Shown: positions 8,130-15,618 of the stretch, in pieces | Numbering within the stretch: the first letter of the stretch is position 1 | Layout: the number at the start of each line of letters is the position of its first letter | Virus record (IMG/VR): IMGVR_UViG_3300027212_000025 | Location: 1-30,101 of that record | Source of the DNA: a virus | Taxonomy: Duplodnaviria; Caudoviricetes | Direction: 5' to 3' (one strand) | Length of the DNA stretch: 30,101 nt | Translations under genes and position numbers: made by a program | The notes under the pieces: generated by a model | Databases searched by the model: none | What the model was told of the DNA's origin: nothing | Seen by the model: only the letters and a program-made list of their open reading frames with translations

Positions 8130-9190
8130 AATTTAATTAACCATTGTTCGTGAATATTACTTGCTAATTGTGCAGTCATTATTGGTGGAACTGACATACC
8201 AACAATATATTTTGATTTTAAATTTAAGAAGTTATAATCTTGAGGAAAGCTACCAGCTAAACAATTTTCTTTTTTTGTTAATGGTCTTGCGTGTTTCCAA
8301 TGATAACTACCTCCATCCCTATGAGCTGCAATTGTTGGTAAAACTTTTTTTCTATCTAATTTACTTGAATTATGCAACATTCCTTTATGATGTACAGTAT
8401 TAAATCCATCTCCTTCTTTACATTTTTCCCAACAAATTAAATAAGACGGACACATTTTTGTTTCAGCAATTGTTGTTTCTATGTCATCTATTTCTTCAAA
8501 TGGTATTGATTTCTCGTTAAATTCCATTTCTAATTTTGGTATTTCAGTAAACATATCTTGCCAATGTAAAAACTGACTTGCTAAATCTTTTCTTAATGCA
8601 ACAAAGAAAACTCTTTCTCTTCTTTGTGGAACTCCCATTTTTGATGCGTTTAATAAAAAGTGTTGACAATAATAACCTGCTTCATCAAAAGCCTTATATA
8701 TTTTAATTACATATTCTTTTGCATTACCTAAAAGCAATCCTTTTACATTTTCTGCAACCACTACTTTAGGCTGTAATTCTTTTGCAAGGTCAATAAAATC
8801 AAAAAACAATGTATCAAGAACTTGTTCTGCTTGTCCTTCTCTAAATACTTTTTCTTTACCCCAATCTTTTTCTCTATTACCTGCCATACTAAATGAACTG
8901 CAAGGAGGAGAACCATCTAAAATATCAAGTTCATAAAGTTCTTTGGGTAAATCTTTTCGTTTAGCAAAAGTTGTAATTGATTCTAAAAATGAAAATTTAG
9001 GATTGTGATTAGCTTTGTAAACTTCCATCATTTTAGGGTCAATGTCGTTATTCCCTATTACATCGAATCCTGCAAGTTTATAACCCATAGTAGAACCACC
9101 TCCACAAGCAAAACACGAAAATACCTTTCCTTTGTCTTTTGTAAACACTGCATCTTTTAGTGTCCAATTGTACTTAAATTTATGTTCCAT
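8126..9190 (-). CDS. C5 cytosine DNA methyltransferase (orphan)
   Basis: Motif I FACGGG, IV GSPPC, VI ENV, VIII QRRER, X-like GMSVPP; no cognate restriction enzyme nearby. Confidence 0.92.
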   Translation of the reverse strand: MEHKFKYNWTLKDAVFTKDKGKVFSCFACGGGSTMGYKLAGFDVIGNNDIDPKMMEVYKANHNPKFSFLESITTFAKRKDLPKELYELDILDGSPPCSSFSMAGNREKDWGKEKVFREGQAEQVLDTLFFDFIDLAKELQPKVVVAENVKGLLLGNAKEYVIKIYKAFDEAGYYCQHFLLNASKMGVPQRRERVFFVALRKDLASQFLHWQDMFTEIPKLEMEFNEKSIPFEEIDDIETTIAETKMCPSYLICWEKCKEGDGFNTVHHKGMLHNSSKLDRKKVLPTIAAHRDGGSYHWKHARPLTKKENCLAGSFPQDYNFLNLKSKYIVGMSVPPIMTAQLASNIHEQWLIKL

Positions 9191-9444
9191 CAGTCTACAA
9201 TTATTGATTCTACAAATTGACGGAACTTAATCTGCAAGTCAACTTGTTGTTCATAGATTTGCTCTCGGTTCTCTCCGTAAATCCTTAAAACTTGGTCATC
9301 TACTCGTCTGATTTCTTGCATTAACATATTTGCTTTACGCTTTAGGTCTTGTTTAAATACTGACTGGTCGTTTAAATCTTCAATCCAATCTGCTAATACT
9401 GGCAATACTGCTGCTAATGCAACGAGCTTTTTCTCTTTTCTCAT
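9190..9444 (-). CDS. Hypothetical protein
   Basis: 84 aa, overlap-coupled to neighbours. Confidence 0.7.
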   Translation of the reverse strand: MRKEKKLVALAAVLPVLADWIEDLNDQSVFKQDLKRKANMLMQEIRRVDDQVLRIYGENREQIYEQQVDLQIKFRQFVESIIVD

Positions 9445-9737
9445 AATTCTACGTTTTTAAATTTAAGTTCGTGTTCTAATTCTTCAATTCTTTTCTTTAA
9501 TTCTCCGTTTATATGCAGACATCTGTTTATTTCTCTTCCGTGTAAACGTAGTTCTGTTTCAAGTTCAACTATTGCTAACTGCACTTGCTTTAAGTCGTTC
9601 TCCGTGTCTTTAGCTCCGTTTATATAAGCTGCAGCTTCAGGTCGTTTTTCCTGTAGTTCTTCTCTAGTTAGCTTTACTTTCCAAATGTTCTTTTGTATTA
9701 GTCCTTTAATGTAAAGTAGTTTTAATCCTATGTCCAT
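9441..9737 (-). CDS. Hypothetical coiled-coil protein
   Basis: 98 aa, overlap-coupled to neighbours. Confidence 0.7.
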   Translation of the reverse strand: MDIGLKLLYIKGLIQKNIWKVKLTREELQEKRPEAAAYINGAKDTENDLKQVQLAIVELETELRLHGREINRCLHINGELKKRIEELEHELKFKNVEL

Positions 9738-10735
9738 TCTGTATTTGCTTTTATTGCGTTTAACTTTTGCTCTGTCATTGTGAGCTTCTTTTGCTCAGGT
9801 TGTTTCTTTGTTCGGTTAGCATAAATACGGTTGCCTTTAAAGTCTAGCATATAGTATTGATATTTATCTAGGTCTAAAAACATTTTGTATACTCCGTTTT
9901 TTGATACGCCTTTAGGTTTACTCTTAGCAACTTTCAAATGTACTTCATTTTTTTCAGCTCCTCTACCTTCAGAATCTAATAATCCAAAAGGCGGTCTCCA
10001 AGGTATTAAAACGCTTAGTCCTTTTCTAAACCATACTTGCCCTCCTGCAAAATCTCTTGCACTTGGCATTGGAAAGTAACTTATGTCAGTTCCTGCTATT
10101 GTCTTAGAGCTTACCATTGGTTGGTCACGAACGTGATTGATTACGCAGTTATGTCTTCCTGTCTTTCTTGCGTTTTTTCTTACCGTTCCCAAAATCCTGC
10201 TTAAGTATTTATCTTCACGTCCTAAGTCACTAGGTAAAAACTCTTCAGTTAATTCGTTCCAAGGGTCAATCGTTGTTGTGTGTATTTTTATTCCTTCCTT
10301 TTTTTCAATTTCATCTACTAATTCGTAAAATTTAGTAATGGTTAAATCTTCATCAATTGGGTCAATTACAATAAAATGTTCGTTTATAAACATCTCAGCA
10401 ACTATTTGCTCTGAGTTACTCATTGAGTTTTGTCCTTGAACATAAGGCTTTCCAACGTACTTGTAACAAAGCTCTGCGAATATCTCTGCACTGCTTCCTG
10501 TTTCAGGTGAGAAAATAACGTGATTCCAATTATGTAAACACGAAAGGTTAATTAATATCTCAAACCAAAGCTCTGTCTTTCCACTGGCAGGAGCAGAACC
10601 TATGTAAGTTGTACATCCTTCTTTTATTGTGTATGGAAGTATATCCCAATCCCAACCTATTGATTTACCTCTTACGTCTTTCTGTAAGCGTATATCAAAA
10701 AGTTCGTTGTTTACGTTTGTGAGTCTTTTGTACAT
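9728..10735 (-). CDS. DnaB-like/SF4 replicative helicase (RecA fold)
   Basis: Walker A GSAPASGKT, FSPE, Walker B-like IDPWN and VINH; follows the initiator. Confidence 0.8.
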   Translation of the reverse strand: MYKRLTNVNNELFDIRLQKDVRGKSIGWDWDILPYTIKEGCTTYIGSAPASGKTELWFEILINLSCLHNWNHVIFSPETGSSAEIFAELCYKYVGKPYVQGQNSMSNSEQIVAEMFINEHFIVIDPIDEDLTITKFYELVDEIEKKEGIKIHTTTIDPWNELTEEFLPSDLGREDKYLSRILGTVRKNARKTGRHNCVINHVRDQPMVSSKTIAGTDISYFPMPSARDFAGGQVWFRKGLSVLIPWRPPFGLLDSEGRGAEKNEVHLKVAKSKPKGVSKNGVYKMFLDLDKYQYYMLDFKGNRIYANRTKKQPEQKKLTMTEQKLNAIKANTEWT

Positions 10736-11349
10736 CAGTCTATAATTGTTGTTGGAAGGTTAAATTTAGGTTTATTTCTTTCAATCTTGTTCTTTAGCCA
10801 AGTTTTTAATCTTAACTCGATGTTAAACGATGCCTGTTTTTCGTATCTCATCTTTCTGTCTTTATCACCATACTCAGTCCAATAATCAAAAAATTCACGT
10901 ATCATTCCTTTCTCATAAGAATCCAAAAAAGGTTTTAATTTATCGCCAAACTTTTGTTTGCGAACTAATATATTATCTTCTTCTTTATCTTTATCTATAA
11001 TGCTAGAGCCTTGCTTTAGCGACGCTTTAGCCTTGCTTAAGCCACCCTTACGCCCTGACTCACTGAGTATCAATCGTTTAGCAGATATTGTTTGCTTCTC
11101 TAAATCAAGAAATGAAATTACTAAATTATTTTTTTTAGTTTTTAAATATCCTTTTGAGATTAATAAATCAACCATTTCTGCATTTCTTAAACGGAGCTTT
11201 GCTTCCTCTACTGTCATTTGATTATTACGATTCCAGTATTCAGCACAAACGCTAATAAAAGCTCCTTGCAGTTCAAAGGATTCATAGCTTATGTTACCTG
11301 TAATCCACTCGGTAGCATTAAACTTAAAGAATGGAAGCTCCTTACTCAT
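10735..11349 (-). CDS. Replication initiator protein (lambda O analogue)
   Basis: N-terminal LPFFKF..W..G...QGAF, central SGRKGG plus iterons and a DKDKEE linker, C-terminal FFDYW...RLKTW; upstream of the helicase. Confidence 0.75.
   Translation of the reverse strand: MSKELPFFKFNATEWITGNISYESFELQGAFISVCAEYWNRNNQMTVEEAKLRLRNAEMVDLLISKGYLKTKKNNLVISFLDLEKQTISAKRLILSESGRKGGLSKAKASLKQGSSIIDKDKEEDNILVRKQKFGDKLKPFLDSYEKGMIREFFDYWTEYGDKDRKMRYEKQASFNIELRLKTWLKNKIERNKPKFNLPTTIID
10966..11042. repeat. Putative replication origin: four 11-bp-spaced GCTnnAGC iterons plus AT-rich tract
   Basis: Cores at 11002, 11013, 11024 and 11035, next to a strand-biased ttatcttcttctttatctttatctataa tract. Confidence 0.7.
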
Positions 11350-11527
11350 TAGTTGTAGATTTACTAAATTCCTCTAAACATTTAATAAGTGTATATGCTT
11401 GTTTATTGTCTATGCAGACAGTTTTTGAGCCTTCGCCTTCAATAATCTCAAAGCAAATATGCTCTCCTTTTGATACAATCAATTCATCTTTTGCATTAAA
11501 TTGACATTTTAAATAAATTTCATTCAT
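11342..11527 (-). CDS. Hypothetical protein (61 aa)
   Basis: Likely start MNEIYLKC at 11527; the longer ORF-track version runs through a structured RNA. Confidence 0.65.
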   Translation of the reverse strand: MNEIYLKCQFNAKDELIVSKGEHICFEIIEGEGSKTVCIDNKQAYTLIKCLEEFSKSTTNE

Positions 11528-11548
11528 TTTATTAAAAATTAAGTAAAT

Positions 11549-11640
11549 AAAAAACCCCTGCATATCCACGAGGCTCGACTTTCGTTTCAATACAAGGGTT
11601 AATAATACCTTTTGAGTTTATGGTGTCGAGCCAACTCATT
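11549..11640 (-). promoter_or_regulatory. Structured 5' leader: two hairpins with complementary loops, ending in a terminator-like U-run
   Basis: Loop GGCTCGAC (11625-11632) is complementary to loop GTCGAGCC (11572-11579); second stem AACCCTTGTAT/ATGCAGGGGTT followed by Ts. Confidence 0.7.
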
Positions 11641-11642
11641 TA

Positions 11643-11674
11643 CAAATATAATAATTATTCTGTTACACTTTCAA
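11643..11674 (-). promoter_or_regulatory. Housekeeping-type promoter TTG-N21-TATATTTG
   Basis: TAnnTTTG at 11643-11650 directly upstream of the structured leader. Confidence 0.65.
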
Positions 11675-12065
11675 TTTCATTTAATTTTTTATATCGTCCT
11701 TCTGCAATCCATTTTTTTACGCGTAACAACTTATAAAGACTTGTGCAGTTGTTTACATCGTCAATAATGTTTCGTGGTTGCAAAATGTACTTGGAATCAA
11801 CTAGGAACACTTGATATTCTCTAACAACAGACAAATATTCGTCTTTATTATACTCCATTAGATTTTTGTGCGTTTGTATGTTGTGAATTACTGATGCGTG
11901 ATGCTGGTTAAAGAATGAACCTATTTCGTTAAATGTTAATTCCTCTTTTCGTAGTTGATTCATTAAAAAACATTTCTTGTAGATGTGTTCTTTCTTTCTG
12001 CAGCGTTTGTTTAGTTCGTCTCTTTCTATCAAGTAAGTTACGCGTTCTATTAAATCGTTTTTCAT
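11655..12065 (-). CDS. DnaA C-terminal (domain IV)-like HTH protein
   Basis: LTFNEIGSFFNQHHASVIHNIQT resembles the DnaA signature (SL.EIG..F.RDHTTV.H). Confidence 0.65.
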   Translation of the reverse strand: MKNDLIERVTYLIERDELNKRCRKKEHIYKKCFLMNQLRKEELTFNEIGSFFNQHHASVIHNIQTHKNLMEYNKDEYLSVVREYQVFLVDSKYILQPRNIIDDVNNCTSLYKLLRVKKWIAEGRYKKLNEIESVTE

Positions 12066-12205
12066 AATTGCTCTATTTTAAATGTTCCATTGTTGAATCT
12101 ACCTGTTTCGATTAAATCCATTTTTTTCCAGTGTGCTAAGTTTTTTGAATGAAAACGCCACTCCTGAATGGTCGTTAGTCCGATGATATAGCTTAATTTA
12201 TACAT
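12062..12205 (-). CDS. Hypothetical protein (47 aa, not in ORF track)
   Basis: MYKLSYIIGLTTIQEWRF...FKIEQL; ATGA overlap downstream. Confidence 0.6.
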   Translation of the reverse strand: MYKLSYIIGLTTIQEWRFHSKNLAHWKKMDLIETGRFNNGTFKIEQL

Positions 12206-12306
12206 AACGTGATTAAATAAAATATGATTAACATTCCTGCGATTACTAAACTTACTGCAATTCCAAGCATTGATGCTTCATAGTTTTCTTTTCTTTTGTA
12301 GCTCAT
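12193..12306 (-). CDS. Small single-pass membrane protein (37 aa, not in ORF track)
   Basis: MSYKRKENYEASMLGIAVSLVIAGMLIIFYLITLCIN; ATGA overlap upstream. Confidence 0.6.
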   Translation of the reverse strand: MSYKRKENYEASMLGIAVSLVIAGMLIIFYLITLCIN

Positions 12307-12524
12307 AGCTTTTCAATTTCTTGTTTAACTTCTAAATAATATTGCCTTAAATCTATGCAATCAATGACAAATTTGATTGTATTTAATGTTTCTAATTTTT
12401 CATCAACTGCAATCAATGCACAATTTTTTATTCTTGAATTTAATAAATCCTCATTATCTGTCAAATCAATTAATTCTTGTGCAAATAATGTTCTTAATTC
12501 TTTGCATTTTTCTTTTGGTGTCAT
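12303..12524 (-). CDS. Hypothetical protein (MTPKEK...EVKQEIEKL type)
   Basis: 73 aa, overlap-coupled to neighbours. Confidence 0.7.
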   Translation of the reverse strand: MTPKEKCKELRTLFAQELIDLTDNEDLLNSRIKNCALIAVDEKLETLNTIKFVIDCIDLRQYYLEVKQEIEKL

Positions 12525-12649
12525 AACGTCTGATTAAATTTTATTTCACATATTCTCCTGTACAATTCCTCATTGAATGTACCTCTGATTGTTTCGTGTG
12601 ATGACTTCGTTGCCCAGAACTTAATCATTCTTTGTAGTTTAAATACCAT
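12521..12649 (-). CDS. Hypothetical protein (42 aa, not in ORF track)
   Basis: MVFKLQRMIKFWATKSS...KFNQTL fills the gap with overlaps. Confidence 0.55.
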   Translation of the reverse strand: MVFKLQRMIKFWATKSSHETIRGTFNEELYRRICEIKFNQTL

Positions 12650-12974
12650 AATCTTCATATTGTTGTTCGTGAATTTCATCTATCTTTTCTCGCATATCGT
12701 CAAACAAAAATCCTTCGTTATGACGCATATTGTCTATTTCCTCAGCTAACCATTCTTTATAAAGTACAGTAGGTGTAATGTCGTTCATTCCGTCTACATC
12801 TTCTTTCCACCATTTAGCATCTACAATATCAAAGTCAATAGTAATCCATTCTCTATCGTAAATTCTATCTTTGGAGTAATGCTCCCACCACCAATTTAAT
12901 GTTACCATAAAACAAATGTTTCCTCTCTCGTAATAAACATCCATTTGGTGTCTGTCGTATTCTATATTTAACAT
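12639..12974 (-). CDS. Hypothetical acidic protein
   Basis: 111 aa, D/E/W-rich. Confidence 0.7.
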   Translation of the reverse strand: MLNIEYDRHQMDVYYERGNICFMVTLNWWWEHYSKDRIYDREWITIDFDIVDAKWWKEDVDGMNDITPTVLYKEWLAEEIDNMRHNEGFLFDDMREKIDEIHEQQYEDYGI

Positions 12975-12975
12975 A

Positions 12976-13173
12976 TTATTTATTTTTAGTAATTAACTCT
13001 CCGTATTTCTCTAATACAGGTGATTGAACGTGTTTTGCTTCGATTTGCGGAGCTTTTGGTGAACTTGCATAGTTTGGTTGCGTTGCAGTAAAGTAAAGCA
13101 TTACACTCCAAAATAATGTAAATGCAATTGCACCTCCGATAAAGTCCTTTTGTGTTTCGTTTAAAGTTTTCAT
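12976..13173 (-). CDS. Small membrane protein
   Basis: 65 aa with one TM segment (FIGGAIAFTLFWSVMLYF). Confidence 0.7.
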   Translation of the reverse strand: MKTLNETQKDFIGGAIAFTLFWSVMLYFTATQPNYASSPKAPQIEAKHVQSPVLEKYGELITKNK

Positions 13174-13334
13174 AGTCCTAAAGTTTTTACTAATTTATTA
13201 ATAGCTGCCCAACGTGCAGTTGCAACGTCTGTTAATGTGTCACGTAAACCTAAAGTGTTGATACAATCCTGAAGGTCATCCCACAATCTTTTTTCTTCTA
13301 GCATAATAGCGTTAATCATTTCTTGTTTTTTCAT
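13170..13334 (-). CDS. First early gene, hypothetical protein (54 aa, not in ORF track)
   Basis: MKKQEMINAIMLEEKRLWDD...LVKTLGL; A-rich leader after a consensus promoter. Confidence 0.7.
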   Translation of the reverse strand: MKKQEMINAIMLEEKRLWDDLQDCINTLGLRDTLTDVATARWAAINKLVKTLGL

Positions 13335-13367
13335 AGCTTTTTAATTTGTTTGTGAATTAATTATATG

Positions 13368-13397
13368 CAAATATAAATATAAGGTTTCAATTATCAA
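13368..13397 (-). promoter_or_regulatory. Major early promoter TTG-N19-TATATTTG
   Basis: Matches the Flavobacterium -33/-7 consensus with 19-nt spacing; AT-rich upstream. Confidence 0.8.
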
Positions 13398-13455
13398 CAA
13401 TTTTTTTTACTTTTTTTACATTTATTTTTAAAATGCTTGATTTTATTGGGGAAAA

Positions 13456-13484
13456 TGTCGCAAATATCTACTAAATATGCGACA
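13456..13484. repeat. Inverted repeat TGTCGCA-N15-TGCGACA
   Basis: Perfect 7-bp arms in the largest intergenic region. Confidence 0.6.
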
Positions 13485-13515
13485 CAATTATTTGTATAAC
13501 TGTGACAGGTGCTAT

Positions 13516-13542
13516 AAAAAAAGGGATGCCTTTCGACACCCC
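13516..13542 (-). terminator. Intrinsic terminator ending the late region
   Basis: GGGGTGTC-GAAA-GGCATCCC followed by T7. Confidence 0.9.
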
Positions 13543-13570
13543 TCAACTAAAACCAAATAACTATGAGCTG
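13516..13570 (-). ncRNA. Candidate ~50-nt antisense sRNA against translation start regions
   Basis: TATATTTG at 13571-13578, then CAGCTCATAGTTATTTGGTTTTAGTTGA, then the terminator; no ORF on this strand. Confidence 0.45.
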
Positions 13571-13578
13571 CAAATATA

Positions 13579-14613
13579 CTAGAATATGTGGGAAATCCTA
13601 CAGACTTGTCCAAATTCTTTATGATGCAAAAATCCTTCAACTGCTTTTGGGGCGTGAACGTATCCCGATTTGTGATGCCAAGAGTCTGTCCCTGAGGGAC
13701 TTCTAAGTGATTCTACACACACAGACATTATATCTTTACTTGTTTTGTGGTGAACGTGATGCGTATAAATGTAACGATGTTTAGATAAACTCCATTCGTG
13801 AGGAAACTCTGTTGCCAACAATAAAGGAAGGTCTGCGTGTTTTGCTCCGTCCCCGTGAGTTGTACCGATTAAACTATTCCCATATAAAAATCCTTTGCGA
13901 TGAGCAATGCTGCAATCGAAAGTAATATTATCACAATTTCTAAACCACGTCTGTATGCAATCTGCAAGGAAGAAGCCGTGTGTATAGTCGTGATTAGATG
14001 GATTAAAGGTAAAATGCACATCAGCAATAGATAGCAAAGTTTCCAAGATGTCAACATATAAGCGTTTTGCGATTAGAAAATTAGAATACCACATTCCGTC
14101 CGTGTCTTGTGGAGTTCCTCCCGTTGTAGTTCTTTTAGGAGTATCAATATGTAAGATATCGTTTCCTCCAATAAAAAGTATTTTGTCAATGTTAAAACCT
14201 GCACACTTGTCAAGTATTCCTTGAACACCTTCTTTAACACGTTTAACTGCTATTTGATTGTTGTACTCCTCACCTGTTTCAAATGCTTCACAGAGCTTTC
14301 CGATATGGATGTCAGCAGGGTCAACTACTAATAAATGTCCGTCTGTTGATGGATTTCTAAAAATTGTAGGGTACTCAGGTTTAAAATCTCGAATGTCTTG
14401 TAAGATTTGTTCCTGTAATTGTTTGTAGTTTGTTTCTTCTGATTCTTTAAAGTTCGGATTTTTAAAGAACAATGATGCGTTTTTAGACTTTAACCATCCG
14501 TGTTTTACGTCTGAATCGTCTAAACCAAGTTCATTGGATTCACGTTTAATTGCTCTGTATTGTTTAACTACTTCAAATTCATCGTGACTTATTCTTGGTC
14601 TAAAGTTACCCAT
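13579..14613 (-). CDS. Calcineurin-like metallophosphoesterase
   Basis: DIHIG, GGND, SNHD, HGD and HHVHH metal-binding motifs. Confidence 0.8.
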   Translation of the reverse strand: MGNFRPRISHDEFEVVKQYRAIKRESNELGLDDSDVKHGWLKSKNASLFFKNPNFKESEETNYKQLQEQILQDIRDFKPEYPTIFRNPSTDGHLLVVDPADIHIGKLCEAFETGEEYNNQIAVKRVKEGVQGILDKCAGFNIDKILFIGGNDILHIDTPKRTTTGGTPQDTDGMWYSNFLIAKRLYVDILETLLSIADVHFTFNPSNHDYTHGFFLADCIQTWFRNCDNITFDCSIAHRKGFLYGNSLIGTTHGDGAKHADLPLLLATEFPHEWSLSKHRYIYTHHVHHKTSKDIMSVCVESLRSPSGTDSWHHKSGYVHAPKAVEGFLHHKEFGQVCRISHIF

Positions 14614-14616
14614 ATA

Positions 14617-15069
14617 TTAAAGTTTAGTGAGAAGTTTTATCCTACTTCTAAAGGTTTCACTTAAGGTCAACCTAACAAGGAATCCTATAATAAATGCCAA
14701 TACTACAATAAACCAATTAATTTTAGTCTTTGTAATGTATTTATTTTTGTATTTTACCTTCTGAGCTTCCGCTTTAATGTATTTTGTTTTGTACTTGTAA
14801 AGAATACGTGTCTGAAATCTCGTTTGAGGCACTTTATAAGCCTTGTAACGAACGATTGTATCTTTCTGAACGATTACCTTCTCCCAATAAATAGAGTCCC
14901 TTAAAACGTAAGGAATTGAATCTATCGTTGAAATAGTAATTGTGTCGCTAGTTTCACCACAAGTATATCCTTTTTTGATTGCACGTTGAACGTGATAATT
15001 AGCAGAACACGAACCTAAAATAATTAAGGTCGAAATGTAAAGCGATAATCGTTTAGCCTGTTTAACCAT
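14617..15069 (-). CDS. Lipoprotein with C-terminal TM segment; candidate unimolecular spanin
   Basis: Lipobox IILGSC, C-terminal WFIVVLAFIIGFLV; follows and overlaps the endolysin. Confidence 0.65.
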   Translation of the reverse strand: MVKQAKRLSLYISTLIILGSCSANYHVQRAIKKGYTCGETSDTITISTIDSIPYVLRDSIYWEKVIVQKDTIVRYKAYKVPQTRFQTRILYKYKTKYIKAEAQKVKYKNKYITKTKINWFIVVLAFIIGFLVRLTLSETFRSRIKLLTKL

Positions 15070-15587
15070 CCTGTCAAAAATTTAGCGTTTTTACCTGTTC
15101 CTATTGCGTAAAAGAATCTTTCTCTCTCAGCAGTTAATGCATCAAATAACTTACGAGGTTCAATTGAATTAGCAAGTAGTATTGTTTTAGGTCCTATTAA
15201 TCCGTCTACATCGCATTGTAATCCGCAATGATTGATAGCTACCTGTAAACTTTTAACTGCTTGTCTTGCTCCTGAACCCCACGCCATACCTGTTACAAAT
15301 ACTGCTATGTTCTGAGAGTTATAAGCATCACCTCTAACGCCATCCCAATATCCTTTTTTGAATATCTTAAACCAATCTTCTGCGTTCATTAAATAGAATC
15401 TCGCATCATTATCAGTTCCGAAAAAAGACGCCCAAGTTTTATAAGTTATTCCTGCGTTAGTGTGATATCCCGTTTTTCCCTTGTAAGGAGTTGGACAAGG
15501 ATAAGAAGAAGCTGAATCGTTTTTATCTCTACTTAAACCACCTTCCCACTTCTTAGTGAACTTAACGTACTTTTCTATTATTGTCAT
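15024..15587 (-). CDS. Endolysin, glycoside hydrolase family 108 with peptidoglycan-binding region
   Basis: WEGG catalytic motif, TNAGIT, LQ...DGLIGPKT and FLTGWLNRL. Confidence 0.9.
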   Translation of the reverse strand: MTIIEKYVKFTKKWEGGLSRDKNDSASSYPCPTPYKGKTGYHTNAGITYKTWASFFGTDNDARFYLMNAEDWFKIFKKGYWDGVRGDAYNSQNIAVFVTGMAWGSGARQAVKSLQVAINHCGLQCDVDGLIGPKTILLANSIEPRKLFDALTAERERFFYAIGTGKNAKFLTGWLNRLNDYRFTFRP

Positions 15588-15618
15588 AAATTGTTTTGTT
15601 TTAGAACAATCGAATGTT

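Noticed and set aside
11528-11590. N-terminal extension of the 82-aa ORF in the track
   Set aside because: It starts at TTG and runs through a terminator-like hairpin; ATG 11527 has a proper A-rich context.
13563-13706. 47-codon plus-strand ORF (MSCKYTRICG...) with a good-looking start context
   Set aside because: It is antisense to the phosphoesterase, no consensus plus-strand promoter is visible, and it would be the only plus-strand gene. It remains the main alternative to the sRNA interpretation.
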